A DNA stretch of 64,000 nucleotides from Octopus bimaculoides (GCF_001194135.2 NC_068994.1:41292814-41356813), one strand, 5' to 3'; shown: positions 1 through 14,686, numbered from the stretch's first letter. The notes: a model not told the origin generated them from the sequence alone. Program-made: numbers and translations.

Positions 1-174
1 TAACATTGCTGGCCTTGTACCAAAATTTGAAACTATTATGTCTATTTTCAAATCTCAGAGATCACTACCATTCTGCAATGTTCTATAATTTCAGATCATG
101 TGGAACATAGCATATAAACAACTCAATGAAATGGAAACACAAAGTAAATATAATATGACTACTCATTACATCCT

Positions 175-402
175 TTAACTCTTTAGTATTCAGATTACTC
201 AATCAAACTTAATACTTATTAATTCACATAGTTTTGAATTAATCATGCATTATCTTGTAGTTTTGAGATTTCAGTGAGATGATTGTATATCTTTAGAATG
301 ACATTGTAAGGTAGGTGTAAGAGGCTAGGTTCTGACAGTTTGAAAATTAAACAGGTAGACTGTCTTGGCTGGATATGGCTGCTTTAAATGCTAAAGAATT
401 AA
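175..402. mobile_element. piggyBac-like MITE (TTAA-CCC...GGG-TTAA family), decayed copy
   Basis: TTAA-flanked, terminal inverted repeat C(C/T)CTTTAG(C/T)ATT...AATGCTAAAG; same ~225-bp body as five other copies in the window. Confidence 0.7.
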
Positions 403-1516
403 TGTTCTGGGCCCCAAATCATACCAAGATTGATTTTACTTCTCATTCTTTCAAGCTGATAAAATAAGTGCCATTCAAGCACTGAGGATGAGGTAGTCAA
501 CTCTTTTCTTCCACCAAATATGACATCACATGTATATTAGAGGATATTTCAATTTCTGGTATTTTCCTCTCGGAAATTGAACCACTTTCTATAAATTTAC
601 ATCTTTTCTCTTCTCTCTTCAATTTCTTCTCTTTTAAACAATGAAATTCCATAATTTAAATAGATTTGTTTATTACTAAAATACATGCTCTAAAGATAGA
701 GTGTTAAGGCATATTATTCTCTGAGAGATTTTCCTCACTGAATAAATAATATCTATGGACAAATGAAATAAACAAAAGTTGTTCTGAAATAAACATTTGA
801 ATTGTGAGCTGTATTCATTAAACAATGCTGTAGAAAGAAGGAACTGAAACAAAAACATTAGACATAGAAGGAAACTTTGATGATGATATAGTTGCTGGGT
901 TAAACATCGAGATAATAAACTAGTTGGCAAATATCAAAAGTTTCAGCCTGAAGCTGAGTAAAATCTCTACAGAAATATTATGAGGTAGAAGAGGTGGTGC
1001 CCTTAACTTGTGATAAATCATCAAGCACCACTCCTGCAACTGATTTCTATTTCCTCTCTTCCTTCTCTTCCTTCTCCTCTTACTGCTACCCAATTAAATT
1101 TCATCGTTGAAAAGCGTGTCAATATATGTGATTGTGGTAGTTTAAGATAAAGGTAGTGGCTTCTAACATTCCACACCAACAAGGAAATGATACTGCCAAG
1201 AGATTATTTCCAGTGAGATAATGATGCACTTTTAATCTTAACTGTTTAATCAAGAGTGAAGAGAATTAATCCAATCAAATACTTTAATGCTACAACTGAT
1301 TCCAAATTCTTCGAGGGCTTTCTTGTTAACTGTGACAATGTTTACCATGTCATTTCATATCATATTAAACAGTTATTCTTGTATTAAATAAGTTTAATGG
1401 TAAATGAGAATTGTTCACAAGATATTGTAGAACCTAAAGCAAAGCAACAGAGCTTCTCTCTCTTTATCTCTCCCTGACTATCTCTCTCTATTTATCTATC
1501 AATCTGTGTCTCCCTG

Positions 1517-1595
<79 letters not shown>

Positions 1596-1637
1596 GTCTA
1601 TATCTGTCTCTGTTTCTTTATCTCTATCTGTCTGTCA

Positions 1638-1676
<39 letters not shown>

Positions 1677-1709
1677 AGTATGTCTGTCTGCCTGCCTGCC
1701 ACCACCTCC

Positions 1710-1756
<47 letters not shown>

Positions 1757-2719
1757 AAAAGAGCAATCACTGAATGGTAACCATTTTTCTGTGAAGCAAC
1801 TTCAATGAATTATTAATCAACTACAAGAGATTTTTTGAAGATTATACACAAAAAAAAAGTGAAAAAAAAAAAGGAAGAAAAAGGAATAACTGTTTTAAGA
1901 TTCCTAGGCTATTTCCCTTGCATGTTGTGACAAGTGTCACTTTAGAAATAATTTAAAACATTTGGCTCATTTTCACAGCAAAGGAATGAGATGCAAAGTT
2001 AACTCTGGCAAAATCACAACTAGAAATCAAAAGAGTCAAAAGAAAATTAATCCCTGTTGTCTCTTAATACTTGATATAATCAGCATATCTTGCTTTATCC
2101 TTAATTACATAAACATAAACAATGGTACGTTATCACAGATTACCATGAATATCTCAACAAAACCAAGCAAATATGTTGTCAATCATAATACATACACACA
2201 TTACATATCCCAGGGAGAACCTAAATGTAAACTGAAAGTCAAGTATTTTTCTGCAGTCTGTGGAAGAATTAGTGTGAGACAAAATGCCTTGTGGTATTTA
2301 CTTTATATCCTAATTTTCTGAGTTCAAATCCCACAAGGATCGACATTGTTTTTCATCCTCCTGGGTTTGATAGAATAAAATATCAGTCACATGCTAGAGT
2401 CAATATCATTGAATATCTCTTTCCTCCAAACTTGTCGCCTTGGGCCTATTCTAAAACTCAATATTATGATTAGTCTTATTTACTGCCTCTTCCATTTACT
2501 CTCTCACATTCATTCTCTCTTTCTCAGCTACCCTCTCTCTCTCAATACACACACACACACACACACACACGTGTGTGTGTGTGTTATGCCTCTTGTTTCC
2601 AAGTGGGGTTGGTTTCAGGAAGGACATCTAACCGTAAAAAACTCTTTCCAAGCATTCTCTTGTCTCCCTGATGATGCAAGTTTGGGTAAGTAAATGTTAG
2701 AACAATGATTATTATCATT

Positions 2720-2930
2720 GGCACGGAGCTGGCAGAGTAATTAGCATGATAGACTAAAGGCCTAGTGGTATTTTATCCATCTTTACATCCTGAGTTCAAA
2801 TTCTGCCAAGGATGACTTTGCCTTTCCTCCTTTCTGGGTTAATAAAATAAGTACGAGTTGAGTACTGAGGTCAGTGTACTTAACCTAACTCCTCCTCTGA
2901 AATTGCTGGTCTTGTACCAAAATTTGAGAC

Positions 2931-2932
<2 letters not shown>
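2720..2932 (+). mobile_element. tRNA-derived SINE, family A (conserved core gccttt-catcctttcggggtcgataaa...agtacc)
   Basis: Head ggcacggagctggcaga, B-box-like gagttcaaatt, shared central core, (ATT)n tail. Further copies at about 1-40, 3151-3370, 3759-3980, 9442-9600, 13260-13330(-), 14880-14990(-), 26100-26310(-), 26330-26515(-), 50742-50975, 50990-51205. Confidence 0.75.
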
Positions 2933-2964
<32 letters not shown>

Positions 2965-5455
2965 GTCTCATTGATCCTGAAAGGATGAAAGACATAGTGG
3001 ACCTTGGCAGAATTTGAACTCAGAATGTAAAGACAGATGAAATGTTGGTAGGCATTTTGAATTTGAATTTCTGGTATTGATAAAGCATTCACTTCAAGCT
3101 TAAAATTCTGCTGGTTCACTGTATCATTAAACGATGAGGATGATGATGATGCAGTGAAACAACAGAACTGTTAGCACACCATTCAAATTCTGAGTTCAGA
3201 TTCTTTACATCCTGTCTTTACATTCTGAGCTCAAATTCTGCCAAGGTCAACTATGCCTTTCATCCTTCAGGATCAATAAGACAAGTACCATATGAACACT
3301 GGGGTAGTTGTAATCAACGTACTTGATCCCCCTAGATTGCTGGCCTTGTGCTATGATTTAAAACCACTCTTACTATTTCATATATATCTGAATCTACATA
3401 AGCCTATATTGATTTTGACCGGAATCTTTTAGTGATGATGAAATATGTACCAGTCAAATACTGGGATCCTTTTAATCAGCTGATTCGTTATATTCTATAT
3501 ATTATCAACCGAATTAAGCTTTTAACCTCGAAACTGTTTAGGTTGTCTCTTGATCAATATCAGAGTATCAATAAGTATATATATCTTTTGAAGTTAGCTT
3601 TTAACAATATTGACTTGTATGAAACAGCAGTTACATCTCCAGCAAATTACATTTTACTGTCATGGAAATAGAAGGACGCGTTTGACTTTAGAAGCCCTAA
3701 TGCATAAAATGATATGGTCAAGCTTGAAGTGAATGCTTTATCAATACCAGAAATTATTAAGGTGAGGAGCCAGCAGAATTGTTTGCACGCTGGGCAAAAT
3801 GCTTTGTGGCATTTTTTCCGTCTTTACTTTCTGAGTTCAAATTTTGCTGAGGCCAACATTGCCTTTCAACTTTTTGTGGGTGTCAATCAAGTAAGTACCA
3901 ATTGAACACTGGAATTGCTGTGCTTGATTTATTCTTTCCTCCAAAATCACTGGTCTTGAGTCAAATTTTAAAATCAATATCAGAAATAATTAAAAGGGAT
4001 TCCCTAATCAAAATAAATGCCATTATCATTAATATTAAAGAATATCGAGGTTAGTGAACTGGTAGAATTGGTAGAGTGTCATAGTAAAAATCATGTGACT
4101 ATTAGTTATGTCTCCTAAAATCCTCAGTTGAAATTATATGAAAATTCTTTCAGGCTGATAAAATGAGTCTCAGTTAAGTGCTAAGATTGATATAATGAAC
4201 TCTGTTTTCACACCAAATTTGGCATTACATATATATTTGGAATTAATGTCATAGAATATTTCCATTTCTGGTATTTCAACTACTGGTTCTTCCTCTATCT
4301 TATCCGTATCATTTGGCTTGTAGCTGTTATATTTATGTTTACGAACAATAATTGGTACTGTATTCTGCATTCAAAAACTAGATTCTTGCTTCCACGACAT
4401 TTTTATTTGCAAACAAGGCATTTCTAAAATTCTTTTAGTATCAAGAATTCTTCTGGTAAATTTCAGTTGGTGTGGCATGCTTCTCTCATAAAGGAGTGCT
4501 GTCTTCTATTTTGGCTTAATGGCATAAAACTTTAAATTCTTACAGTTTTACCTTTATATTTCACTGATATCGTGATACTACTGGACACTTTGATAAGTTA
4601 CTTAGTGTGCAGCGGCAATTGAAATTCAGAATTTGTCATATTGTAGAAGGATTTCAGCTTTTTGAATCTGACTCGTGACACAAGCAATTGTACAGCTTCA
4701 GCATGCAAGTATACTTCTATGCTTTCACTGTCTAACTTAATTTTCTCCAACCAATCATTTGGGATGTGTTTTCTCAATAGTTGTGTGAAAAAGGTATGTA
4801 TATTCTCAGTTTTAGCAGCTCTTGAAAGCTGTGGTTACTTTACAAATCAATTTTCCTGATAAAATGTAACTTTTCCATTATGACAAACTAAAACGAAATG
4901 TTTCTTCTCCCTATATAAATGTTACATTTACATGCCTGCCTAGCAAAGAAATCTTCCTTCATGTAACTTTTTGTATAGTCAGACTAATACTAATACCCAT
5001 ATCCATTGTATTGATAAATGTTCTAAGGACAGCTATTCATTTGTGGGCTCATTCTATTGCTATGAATGCCTGTATTATGTGAATCTTAATACATTTGATG
5101 CTTATCAAGTATCTAAGTGAATTCTTATTTTTAAAATTCTGATACCTTCTGTTCAAGCCATAAAGTTTTGCTTAGTATTTATTGAAGAATCTAAAATAAC
5201 TGCATTATTTCACTCCTTGTAGTTGAAGATGTTATAACCTACAAACAACTGAGTCTAAAATACAATCTCTATTTTACAGCCTTTCAATTTCTATGGTTTG
5301 TTTACCAAATTAAGCAACTTTGTTATGTGACTTATGTCAGTTACTGTTGTTATTTAGTCCCAAATCAGTCCTAACTGCACAAAAATTTCCTCAAAGAGAT
5401 ATTCCAATTTTTATTTTTTGTTTCTTTTTCACATTTTCTCAGTTTTTTTATCTAG

Positions 5456-5501
5456 AGGAAAGTGCAGCACCCATGGTTCTGTGCCCATCTCTCCTAGCAT
5501 G
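5456..5501 (+). CDS. Candidate 46-nt internal exon (unidentified gene)
   Basis: Long pyrimidine tract + TAG acceptor and ATG|GTAAGA donor; open in two frames (GKCSTHGSVPISPSM or ESAAPMVLCPSLLA). Confidence 0.3.
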
Positions 5502-5848
5502 GTAAGACTGATTCCCTTAATGTTCCTTTTGAACCTCTGTAAGTCAAGAAAGACATGAACAAAGTGAAAATTCCAGAAGCTTGAAATTCTGGGAAGTTAA
5601 GAACCTGGCATTGTACTCCCCCACCTCTAGCAAGGCATTAATTGCCTCAGAGCTATTGTAGAATAGAACATACTCCTTGCATAAAGGATTCATGACAATG
5701 ATTATAACTGGGTGTAGTGAATGTGATTTTTGGTGGTAGATTTGTACACAAATCTTTAAAAATATTCCTCTGATTTTTTAAAGTTTTAGTATCTCTTTTA
5801 TATTACTCTTTATATCATAAAAATGAATACATTCCACTGTTCTGACTT

Positions 5849-6069
5849 TTTAACATTCAGATTACTCTGTCAAATATAATGCTTATTTATTCACATTGTT
5901 TTTAGTTAATCATTCATTATCTCATAGCTTTGAGATTTTGATAATATCATTGTTTATATTTAGAATGACATTATAGGACAAGTGTGAAAGGCTGAATTTG
6001 GCCAAGTTGAACATAAAGCAGGCAGACTATTTAGGCTGGATATGGCAAATTTAAATGCTAAAAGATTAA
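5849..6069. mobile_element. piggyBac-like MITE copy
   Basis: Body cagattactctgtcaaatataatgcttatttattcacattg..., ends aaatgctaaaagaTTAA; left TIR partly deleted. Confidence 0.65.
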
Positions 6070-6257
6070 TATGAAAGCATAGTAAGTTAGGAACATCAGA
6101 CTTTTAATTACACTTGTAGTAGATATGAATTCACAAACCAGTATCTGTTTCCCTTATATTTTGTGTGATCAGTATCAAATCTCATTGACTATTTCACTTC
6201 CACTGTATATCGTACAATGTCAAATTTGTGACACATTCTCAATATTTGATTTCATAG

Positions 6258-6331
6258 ATGGCTATGTCAATGCTGTTCGTCTGCCAGTCTTTGCTAAGCT
6301 GCCAAAAATTCCAGTCCAGCAATTTATCTAA
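6258..6331 (+). CDS. Candidate terminal exon (D)GYVNAVRLPVFAKLPKIPVQQFI*
   Basis: tttgatttcatag acceptor, higher-complexity protein-like sequence, stop at 6329-6331; protein not recognised. Confidence 0.3.
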
Positions 6332-6975
6332 TTCTTAGTGCAACATTAATAATAACTACTATATATCATTAAAATTAATGAATGCCTTTGGTACATTCAG
6401 GAAGATAAAAAGAGAATTAAAAGTGGATTTATCAGAAAACATTTTTAAGATGTTCAGAGACATGGAATCTGGAAAGTTCTATTGTAGACTTATTGGTTAA
6501 TCTTTTACTCTTTCAAGATAGGCTTAATTAATAAAAAATATCTTGGTCAACTATATCAAATATGTTTGTAGGCACTTTTCTATCTATGTTTCATGCAGTA
6601 GGGATCCTGGAGTATTTTACCCAGTTATTCTTTTAAATTATCCTACCTCTCAGTGTTAATTCATATAAAATCTATATCTTTCTTTTCATCATTCTAAGAT
6701 CATCATGCCATAACAGAAAACCCTGTTTTGCTAATGAGATCTAACAAGTCTGAAACATGTCTGGAGTTGCCATGATATTTGCAGAGATTGAATTTATGTA
6801 TTCTATAATTAATTTTAATTAGTTTAAACTCATGACTTTCTTGACTTAAATTAGTTATCAGGTTAACAGCCTTTCTTTTCTCATCACTAAAGATGTGATT
6901 CTAAGGTGACTTGAAACCATTCAACTACAAGGGAATGTAGTAGTAGTAGTAGCAGTAGTAGCAGTAGCAGCAGCT

Positions 6976-7013
<38 letters not shown>

Positions 7014-10000
7014 TTAGGTTTGCAGTGATAAATTTTTGATCTGGTAAGTTAAAAACTAACTGAAATTAGTTGATATGATGCCCATCTAGTAATTTTCATG
7101 TGGAAAAAGGGACATACGATGACGATGAGGGAGGATAAAGAGGAGGTGGAAGTGGAAGGTGGGGGAGGAGATGGAAGAAGAGGGGGAGGAAGCAGAAGAA
7201 GAAGTGGAGGAGGGGATTGGTGTTTGGTGGTGCTTGGAGATGATGATGGTGATGATGATGATGATGACCACAACGACGATGACAATGAGGATTATGATAG
7301 TAATGACAACGATGGTGAGAAAGAGGACAGAAAGTAACAGAAACAATAAACCATCAACCTTGGTCTCTTCATATTTTATTATAGCTCCAAATTCATGTTT
7401 AGATCAAATATATATTAGTTTCATCCAGAGAGGACAAACTAAGTACCAGTAATGTATTATGACAGATCCAATCAGCTACATACCACATCTTGCAATTTGT
7501 AGCCAGCCTTGTGAGAAATCAATAAGCAAACATTTGACAACTACTTTTATCAGTTTGTCATTCCAATTTACAAAATGTGTCCATTTAGAGTAATTCTTCA
7601 GAAAGGCTGTAGTCAAGGCCTTTAAAGCAACTTCTAAATATTATTATAGTTGTTTTCTATAACAACATGACATCAACGAAACACATTCATAGAGAAGAAA
7701 CCCTACGAAGTAATATAGCATGCAGGAAGGAAAGATTGCTATAGGCTGGGTTTTGCTATTTGATTTCCCCTAAAGCAGAGAGAGTTGAAGAAATTTCCCT
7801 TTATGTTCATTTAATGTTGAATTGACAAAGAAATATCCGTGTCTGCCATGCTTTGAAACTAGAGAGCAAGAAAGAGAGAGGGAGAGAGAGAAAGGAGAGA
7901 GAGAGAGAGAAGAATACATTAAAAGAAAATCTTTATTTTTAAAACACTAACTGTTTGCAATTGAATTGTAATGTTGTATTAGTGATCGTGAGAGAGAAGC
8001 AGAATCACAAATACACAGAAACATTATTATTAAAAAATAAAATGAAATAAAAATAAAATTGTATGTTTAAGCTTTACAACCAAAGAGATAAAAGAATAAC
8101 TATCATTCTTCTCAATGCGGAGCGCTTGAAAAAAAAAATTTTTTTAAATAAAACATTAGAAAAATTAAAAATGAAGAAATGAAGCAGTACTGTGCATACA
8201 ATTAAAAATTCAATTAATTTAAAATGGCTACCTAGAACAAGGAGAAGCACTTGAAATTGTATAAAGACAGTGTTATCAAACAGAAACAGTGATGCCACTG
8301 GAATGGTGGGTAAATACTTGGAAAAATAGCAGAAAAACAAACAAAATATGATTTGTAAAAAAAAAAAAAAATCTTTAAAAACAAATAAATCAGGTTTTAA
8401 TATTTTTGTCAATTGCTATGAAATTACATTTTGTCTTTTATTCTGATCTCTCATTAAGAATTAGTCATATGTGGAAATTATATTGGAATTTTTGCTAAAG
8501 ATCTTGCAGGTCATCACATTTTTGTAATAATGCAAAAAAAAAAAAAAAAGAATTGTCCATGGTTGTGCTTTATTTGCTTCATAACCTCGAGAAATTATAA
8601 TAATTTCGATTGTAACATTTACTGATAGTTCAGTTGATTATTGGCTATATGGAAATGAGATTTGGTACCAAATCCATGACTGTAACCAATGAAGGTTGAA
8701 AGAAATGTGACTGTGTACGGAATCTGAAACAAAGGTATAAAAGAGAAAGAAAAGAGAACAAAAACAATTTGTAAGAAAATCTCATTTAATTAAATTATTC
8801 TTCAATTACATTATCAAAATTAATTTCTTTCTCTAAATAGTTAGGTCAGAAACAATTAATTAGCCAACATCAATGTAATCCAGGAGAGTAAATTAAATTA
8901 AATCGTTATTACAGGGCCATATATTGTAAGTATTTTGATTGTCATTAAAAAGCAAGCGTGTCTTAAATAATATATTTACTATATAAAGCCCATTGTCATC
9001 ACTCATAAGAGAGAATGACCTTGTGACATGTACCGTGCCATTGTTGCTTGTCTCAGAGATCTATGTAGTTTCAAACAAACATAGACACCCTCTTGACACT
9101 TCTAACTCTTGACTCAACTGGACATTGAGCTTGTGACAACAGGTAGGACGGGGTTGGGTGTAGGGTTGCCCCTGCACTATATTTGTACACATTTTCAAAT
9201 AAGTAGACTAGAACACTGGGATATGAAATGCCTTACTAAAGAATGCAATGCAGTGTTTGATACAGGAATCAAACCCATAATATTATGATCGTAAACTCAA
9301 CATTAGGAGGCTATACATTAGAATATACCTAGGGATGTGATCTGCACAAAAAGCAAATAGTAAGGTCAGTATTAACATACTTAAAGTGGTGAGCCATGAA
9401 ATTTTCTTTAATAAAAATTAATTCTATTTTTAATTAATTTCAAGGTGGTGGGCTGGTTAGTACAGTGGAAAAGACAAAGAAAAAAAATGCTTAGCAGCAT
9501 TTGTTCCAGCTTTTCTGAGTTCAAATAACCCCAAGGTCATCTTTCATCCTTTTGAAATCAATAAAATAAAGTACTAGTTAAGTACTGAGGTTGATGTGAT
9601 CATAGTTGCAAGTATGACTGTGTGGTTAAGAAGCTTACTTTGCAACCATGTAGTCTCAGATTCAGTTCTACTATACAGTATTTGGGCAAGTGTCTTCTTC
9701 TATAGCTCCAAGGTTACCAATACTTTCTTAAAGAATTTAGTAAATGGAGACTGTGTGGAAGAAACTCATATGTATGTGCATGTGTATGTGTGTCTTTGTT
9801 TGTCACCCACTACTGTTTGACAAACTGTGTTAGTTTATATCATCATAACTTAGCAGTTTGGCAAATGAGGTTAATAGAATAAATACCAGACTTAAAAAAA
9901 CATAAGTACTGGGGTAGTTTTGTTGAACCAAACCTTCATGGCAAAAGAGTAAGTAATAAAAAGTTCAAAGTTTTTTAACAGCACTGTTGAGGTCCAGAGT

Positions 10001-10765
10001 GAATCACAGAAGGTCCTCAACTCACAAAGATTTGAATGACACAAAGATATACCCTCCAAGGTACAAGCCCAGTCAAGGCTGTTTATGAAAGAGCAGCAGT
10101 CGCCCATGCATACCAGCCTACCCTCTCCATGCCACCGATGTTAGCCAAGGGAAATGCAAAGATCAATATTGCTTGGCACCAGTGACATTGCAACTCATTT
10201 CTACAACTGAGTGAACTGGAGCAACATGAAATAAAGTGTCTTGCTCAAGAACCACAACACACAGCTTGGACCATGAGATTGAACCCAAAACCTCAAGCTT
10301 TATGAAGCAAACTTCTTAACCATACAGCCAAGATTACACATTTTTAATGCTGCTAACTGACACTCCCCTTTCTAATATAATATTAGCAAACACAGAAAGA
10401 ATTGTTGAAATTCATTATTGAGTTTAATTCAAGAAATATCACAGGAGCTTCCTTGCTTTTAATTCTCATATTCATCCACTTTTAGTTGGCAGCAAATTGT
10501 CTGCAACAACCTGACTACCATAAGGGTTCCTTCTTGTATAATGAGATTTTCACCGGAAATAGCATAAATACTTGAGTCATTTGCAACACATAGATATGTA
10601 TGCATGTTTGTATGTATGTATCTATGTATGCATGTATGTATATGTGTATGTATGTGTGTGTGTACATGCGTATTTATATGTATATGTGTGTGTGTGCATA
10701 CATATACAAATATGTATATATAACATATACACATGCGCACACATTCAAATATATATGTATGTGTA

Positions 10766-10822
<57 letters not shown>

Positions 10823-11444
10823 ACTTATATATACAGAAAGAGAGACAGCTAGATAATAGATAGATAGATAAAGAGAGAGAGATAAATAGACAGACAGAGG
10901 TATTGTTATAGATATACATATATATATTTATATAGGAAATGAACTTAGGTCTGCTGCATCATTTATCTTTTATTGCCTTACACTATTTTTCTCATTTTCA
11001 CATTCTTTGTCTTTAGCATAAATATATACTCATACTCCGCTACACATTTTATCATAGCCATCTCTTTTACTTTCTCTGTTTCTTTCCTTCTTTCATTCTT
11101 TCTTTCTTTCCTTCTTTCTTTCTTTCTTTCTCAAGTCTTTCTCTCTGCCTGTATACCTTTTACACCATTTTATCACACCTCCCACCATTACTTTCTCTGT
11201 AAATGTCAAGATGTCATATCTGGATGACTTGCACACACAACCAGTTTATTGATAGTAGTTTGGGAATGAATTACTTCAGTACATCAACCATTACTAAGAT
11301 AAATGTTTTCCTGTTGATCTAAACTTTGATTAATATTCACAAGTAATTTTTGACATGAACTGCAAATTATGATAGATGCAGTTGGTTGAACAGATATGTT
11401 GCTGGCCAGGTCTACAGACCAAAGAATCAGTAGCTTGTAGTCTA

Positions 11445-11640
11445 TGAGGGGGTGCTGAAAAGTTCCTGGCTTTGAGTAAAAGAAAATACAAGAGGATCAG
11501 TTAATTATGATTTTATTTAACATATTCCCCTCTCAGATTCACACACTTATTGCAGAGGTCCTTCAGTTTTTCTGAGCTCTGGAAAAGAACTTGGAAGGTT
11601 GAGCCTCCCTTAAAGCCAGGATCTTTTCAGCACCCCCTTA
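11445..11640. mobile_element. mariner-type MITE
   Basis: TA-flanked, TIRs tgagggggtgctgaaaagttcctggcttt / aaagccaggatcttttcagcaccccctta. Confidence 0.8.
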
Positions 11641-12389
11641 TATCAAGCACTGCTGTAGCACAGAGTTACTTGGTTCTTTTAAAGACGCCTAAACCTCTAA
11701 ACTCTGCCAAAAGCTCATAACATTCTAGATTAGGTATAGGCAACCTTTTCTGTGGAGGCCACAAGAGAAATGATTCACCATCAGGCAGGCCATATTACTA
11801 AAGAAACTGGAAGTAATTTTTTGTTAGCCATGTCATTCAGAAAGTTCCATGGACCATAGTTTTTCCTAAGATTCCTCTAAACACTGTTCTACAGAGATAC
11901 TGTTTCCTTTGTACTGTCTTTTATTCCACCGCTATGGTGGCTTCTGTTCTTTGGAGTTTGTTAATCTTACTCCACCTCCACCATCTCAAATATTCAAGCC
12001 CACCTGATTCATTAATTTCTCTTTCAATATTCACATATTTTATATTCTGAGTTCCACTTAACCCCATGTACATTCTTCACTTTCTCCCCATAAGGAAGAT
12101 TTTCAGGAAACCCTTCCCTCTAGTCAGCTTGTATTTGTTCAAAAAGATCATCAACTGCATTGGTTAAACCAGTTTTAGAGGGGTTGCAAAGTCCATATGC
12201 ACAGTCCCTCCTCTCTTTCACTTTCTCTCTCTCTCTCTCTCTCCCTCTCCACCAAACTATAAGAATGACGATGACGACGACAACAACGACGATGATGATG
12301 ATGAATAAAGAAATGAAAAAGAGCTTTAATGCAAGAGTGTCTCCAAACACTTAGAACTGATGCTGCAGTGAAAAACTGAATAGAAAAAG

Positions 12390-12515
12390 TAAGATTCAAG
12401 CAATCAATACATGAGTGATTGCATTATTGAGGTATGATGTAGGTAGTATCAGTTGGTGGTGAAAGAGAAGTTACAGAGGCTAGACCAAAAATTGAGAAAA
12501 CTACTCACAATGCTA
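12390..12515 (+). mobile_element. R4/Dong-clade non-LTR retrotransposon RT fragment
   Basis: Translates KIQAINT*VIALLRYDVGSISW / KEKLQRLDQKLRKLLTM, resembling the late RT region of R4-clade elements (recalled pattern). Confidence 0.55.
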
Positions 12516-12569
12516 GTAATTCACAAATATATTTATTCTCATGTATTTTGTAGACTAAGGATAAATATA

Positions 12570-12786
12570 CGAGGGGTTGCTGAAAAGTTCCTGGTTTTTA
12601 CGGGTATTGCAAAAGACCTGTTTGGAGGCCCAAACTTCTGAGTTCTTAGAGGGCTTAAAATAAATTTCAGAACTGCTGCAATGAGTGTGTGAACGTGAGA
12701 GGAGAATATGCTGAATAAAATCATAATTAACTGATCCTCCTGTATTTTCTTTTACCCAAAGCCAGGAACTTTTTGGGAACCCCTCA
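12570..12786. mobile_element. mariner-type MITE, inverted relative to 11445-11640
   Basis: TA-flanked, TIR cgaggggttgctgaaaagttcctgg / ccaggaactttttgggaacccctca; internal sequence is the reverse complement of the first copy. Confidence 0.8.
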
Positions 12787-14073
12787 TATATGTGAGGTAC
12801 TAGCATCAGATTTTGAAGGAATGAACAAAATGATTGGAGAATGCTTTCAGGTTTATACAAAACACTTTGACCAAGTGTTCTTTTTCTTCCTTTTTCCTTG
12901 TTTTAAACCATTACAAATGAGGGGAACTTGATGATGCTTTTTTCTGTCTTGAAAGGACTGCAGAGCAATCCCATTGAAATTTTGAATTCTTGCCTTTCTG
13001 TGTATTTTTTTCATTTTTTAAAATTATTATTTGAACCCAAAGAGGGATGAACTGTTGAAATATTGTTCAGTTCAATAAGCAAAGTCAATCAGTTTTATCA
13101 TATATTACATCATACTCTTCTTATTGTGTAATATGAATAAGAATTTTCCACTCATTTACAGATCTATCGTCATCATTCTCCTCCTCCTCTTCCTCATCAC
13201 CCATCATCATCATCACCACCACCACCACCACCACCATACTTATCTTATCGACCTCAAAAAAATGAAGATGAATGAGATGCTACTAAGCAATTTACCTGGC
13301 ATGCTAACAATCCTACCAGCTCGCTACCTTGAGGCAATACATTATATTGTTAGAGGTTCAAGTCAAGTCGTTGGTAACTTGAAAGATAGATTTAGAACTC
13401 AGCATACTTGTGATGTTGACAATATAAATAAATATGTAAACAATGTTTAATCTCCATAGTTTTCTGCTACACTAACTGCCAATGTACCTATTTATCCATA
13501 ATTACCATGACTTCTGTATAGCATCTTAAGTTAATGGAGGTTACTAAAAGTGTAGAAGTGAAAGAGTTAACAAAGGAAATATACATATGTCTGTGAATGT
13601 ATGTATACACACATACAAATACACACACACACATAAATATATATATATTAAAACATCAAAAGGTGTGTTCTTACAATATGTCTGTGAAGCATTGTATTTT
13701 GCTTATATTAGGAGGAAACAAGAAGTATAAATGAATAAAAAAAAAAAAAATATTATGAAATTGCAGACATTTTAGTTTTGTCTTTAGTTATACTTCTTGT
13801 TTCCTCCCAAAATATGCAAATGTATAATGTAAGAGTGTATCATTCAATGCAAGTCTGATGAAGTGCCAAGCAAGTATTTAAAATTGCAAATATTATGCAA
13901 CTTTCCATGCTGATCTTTTGTGTGCCATGATTATAAAAGCTGAGTGATACAGAAACGATTGTAACTAGTCATTAAAGATGTGTTAAACTCTTTTTATTTG
14001 GGTTATATCTATATTTATCTATCTATTATTTATACATACGCACACGCATGTATATGTGTGTCTATATCTATAG

Positions 14074-14106
<33 letters not shown>

Positions 14107-14652
14107 CATATATATACACATACATACATACATATACACATGTACATTCTTCACTTTTCAAACACATACACACATCATACACATATATTTGTAAAATTGA
14201 AGAACGACTTTTCTGATAATTATTTTCTACTTTAATGAAAGTCTAATTATCTAAAGTAGCAAGCAGTCATTTTCCTTCACTTTTTCAAATATGCCCTACT
14301 GTACCAAGGTTTTTTCTATTTCTATGACACACACACACACACACACATATGCTTATATACAAATATGTGCATGTGTGTCCCTAAGAAATTGTAAACAATA
14401 GATATGTATATGCACAGAGTTTCTCACAGTTTACTCAAAAGGTATTGGTTGTCTCAAGACTTTATTTACAACACTCACTTGCCCTTGGTGTTATGTAGTG
14501 GTGAAACAAACTTCATATCAGCACCAGCATGACACACGAATTTGATCTAAAAGTTGCAGCTGTTAAAATTTAGATCATACTATAAATGTCATTGTTAACA
14601 AAGTTACAGTATGAAACATTTAAAAGCCAACTGAGTATAAAAACGTAGCTAG

Positions 14653-14686
<34 letters not shown>

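Noticed and set aside
820-1020. Weak Tigger-like C-terminal peptide (FDDDIVAGLNIEIIN*LANIKSF)
   Set aside because: Similarity too vague; no TIR found.
2619-2685. Exon-like AG...GTAAGT segment, phase-compatible with 5456-5501
   Set aside because: Starts within a repeat-derived aggaagg.catc.a.c.gtaaaa motif, and the spliced chain terminates almost immediately.
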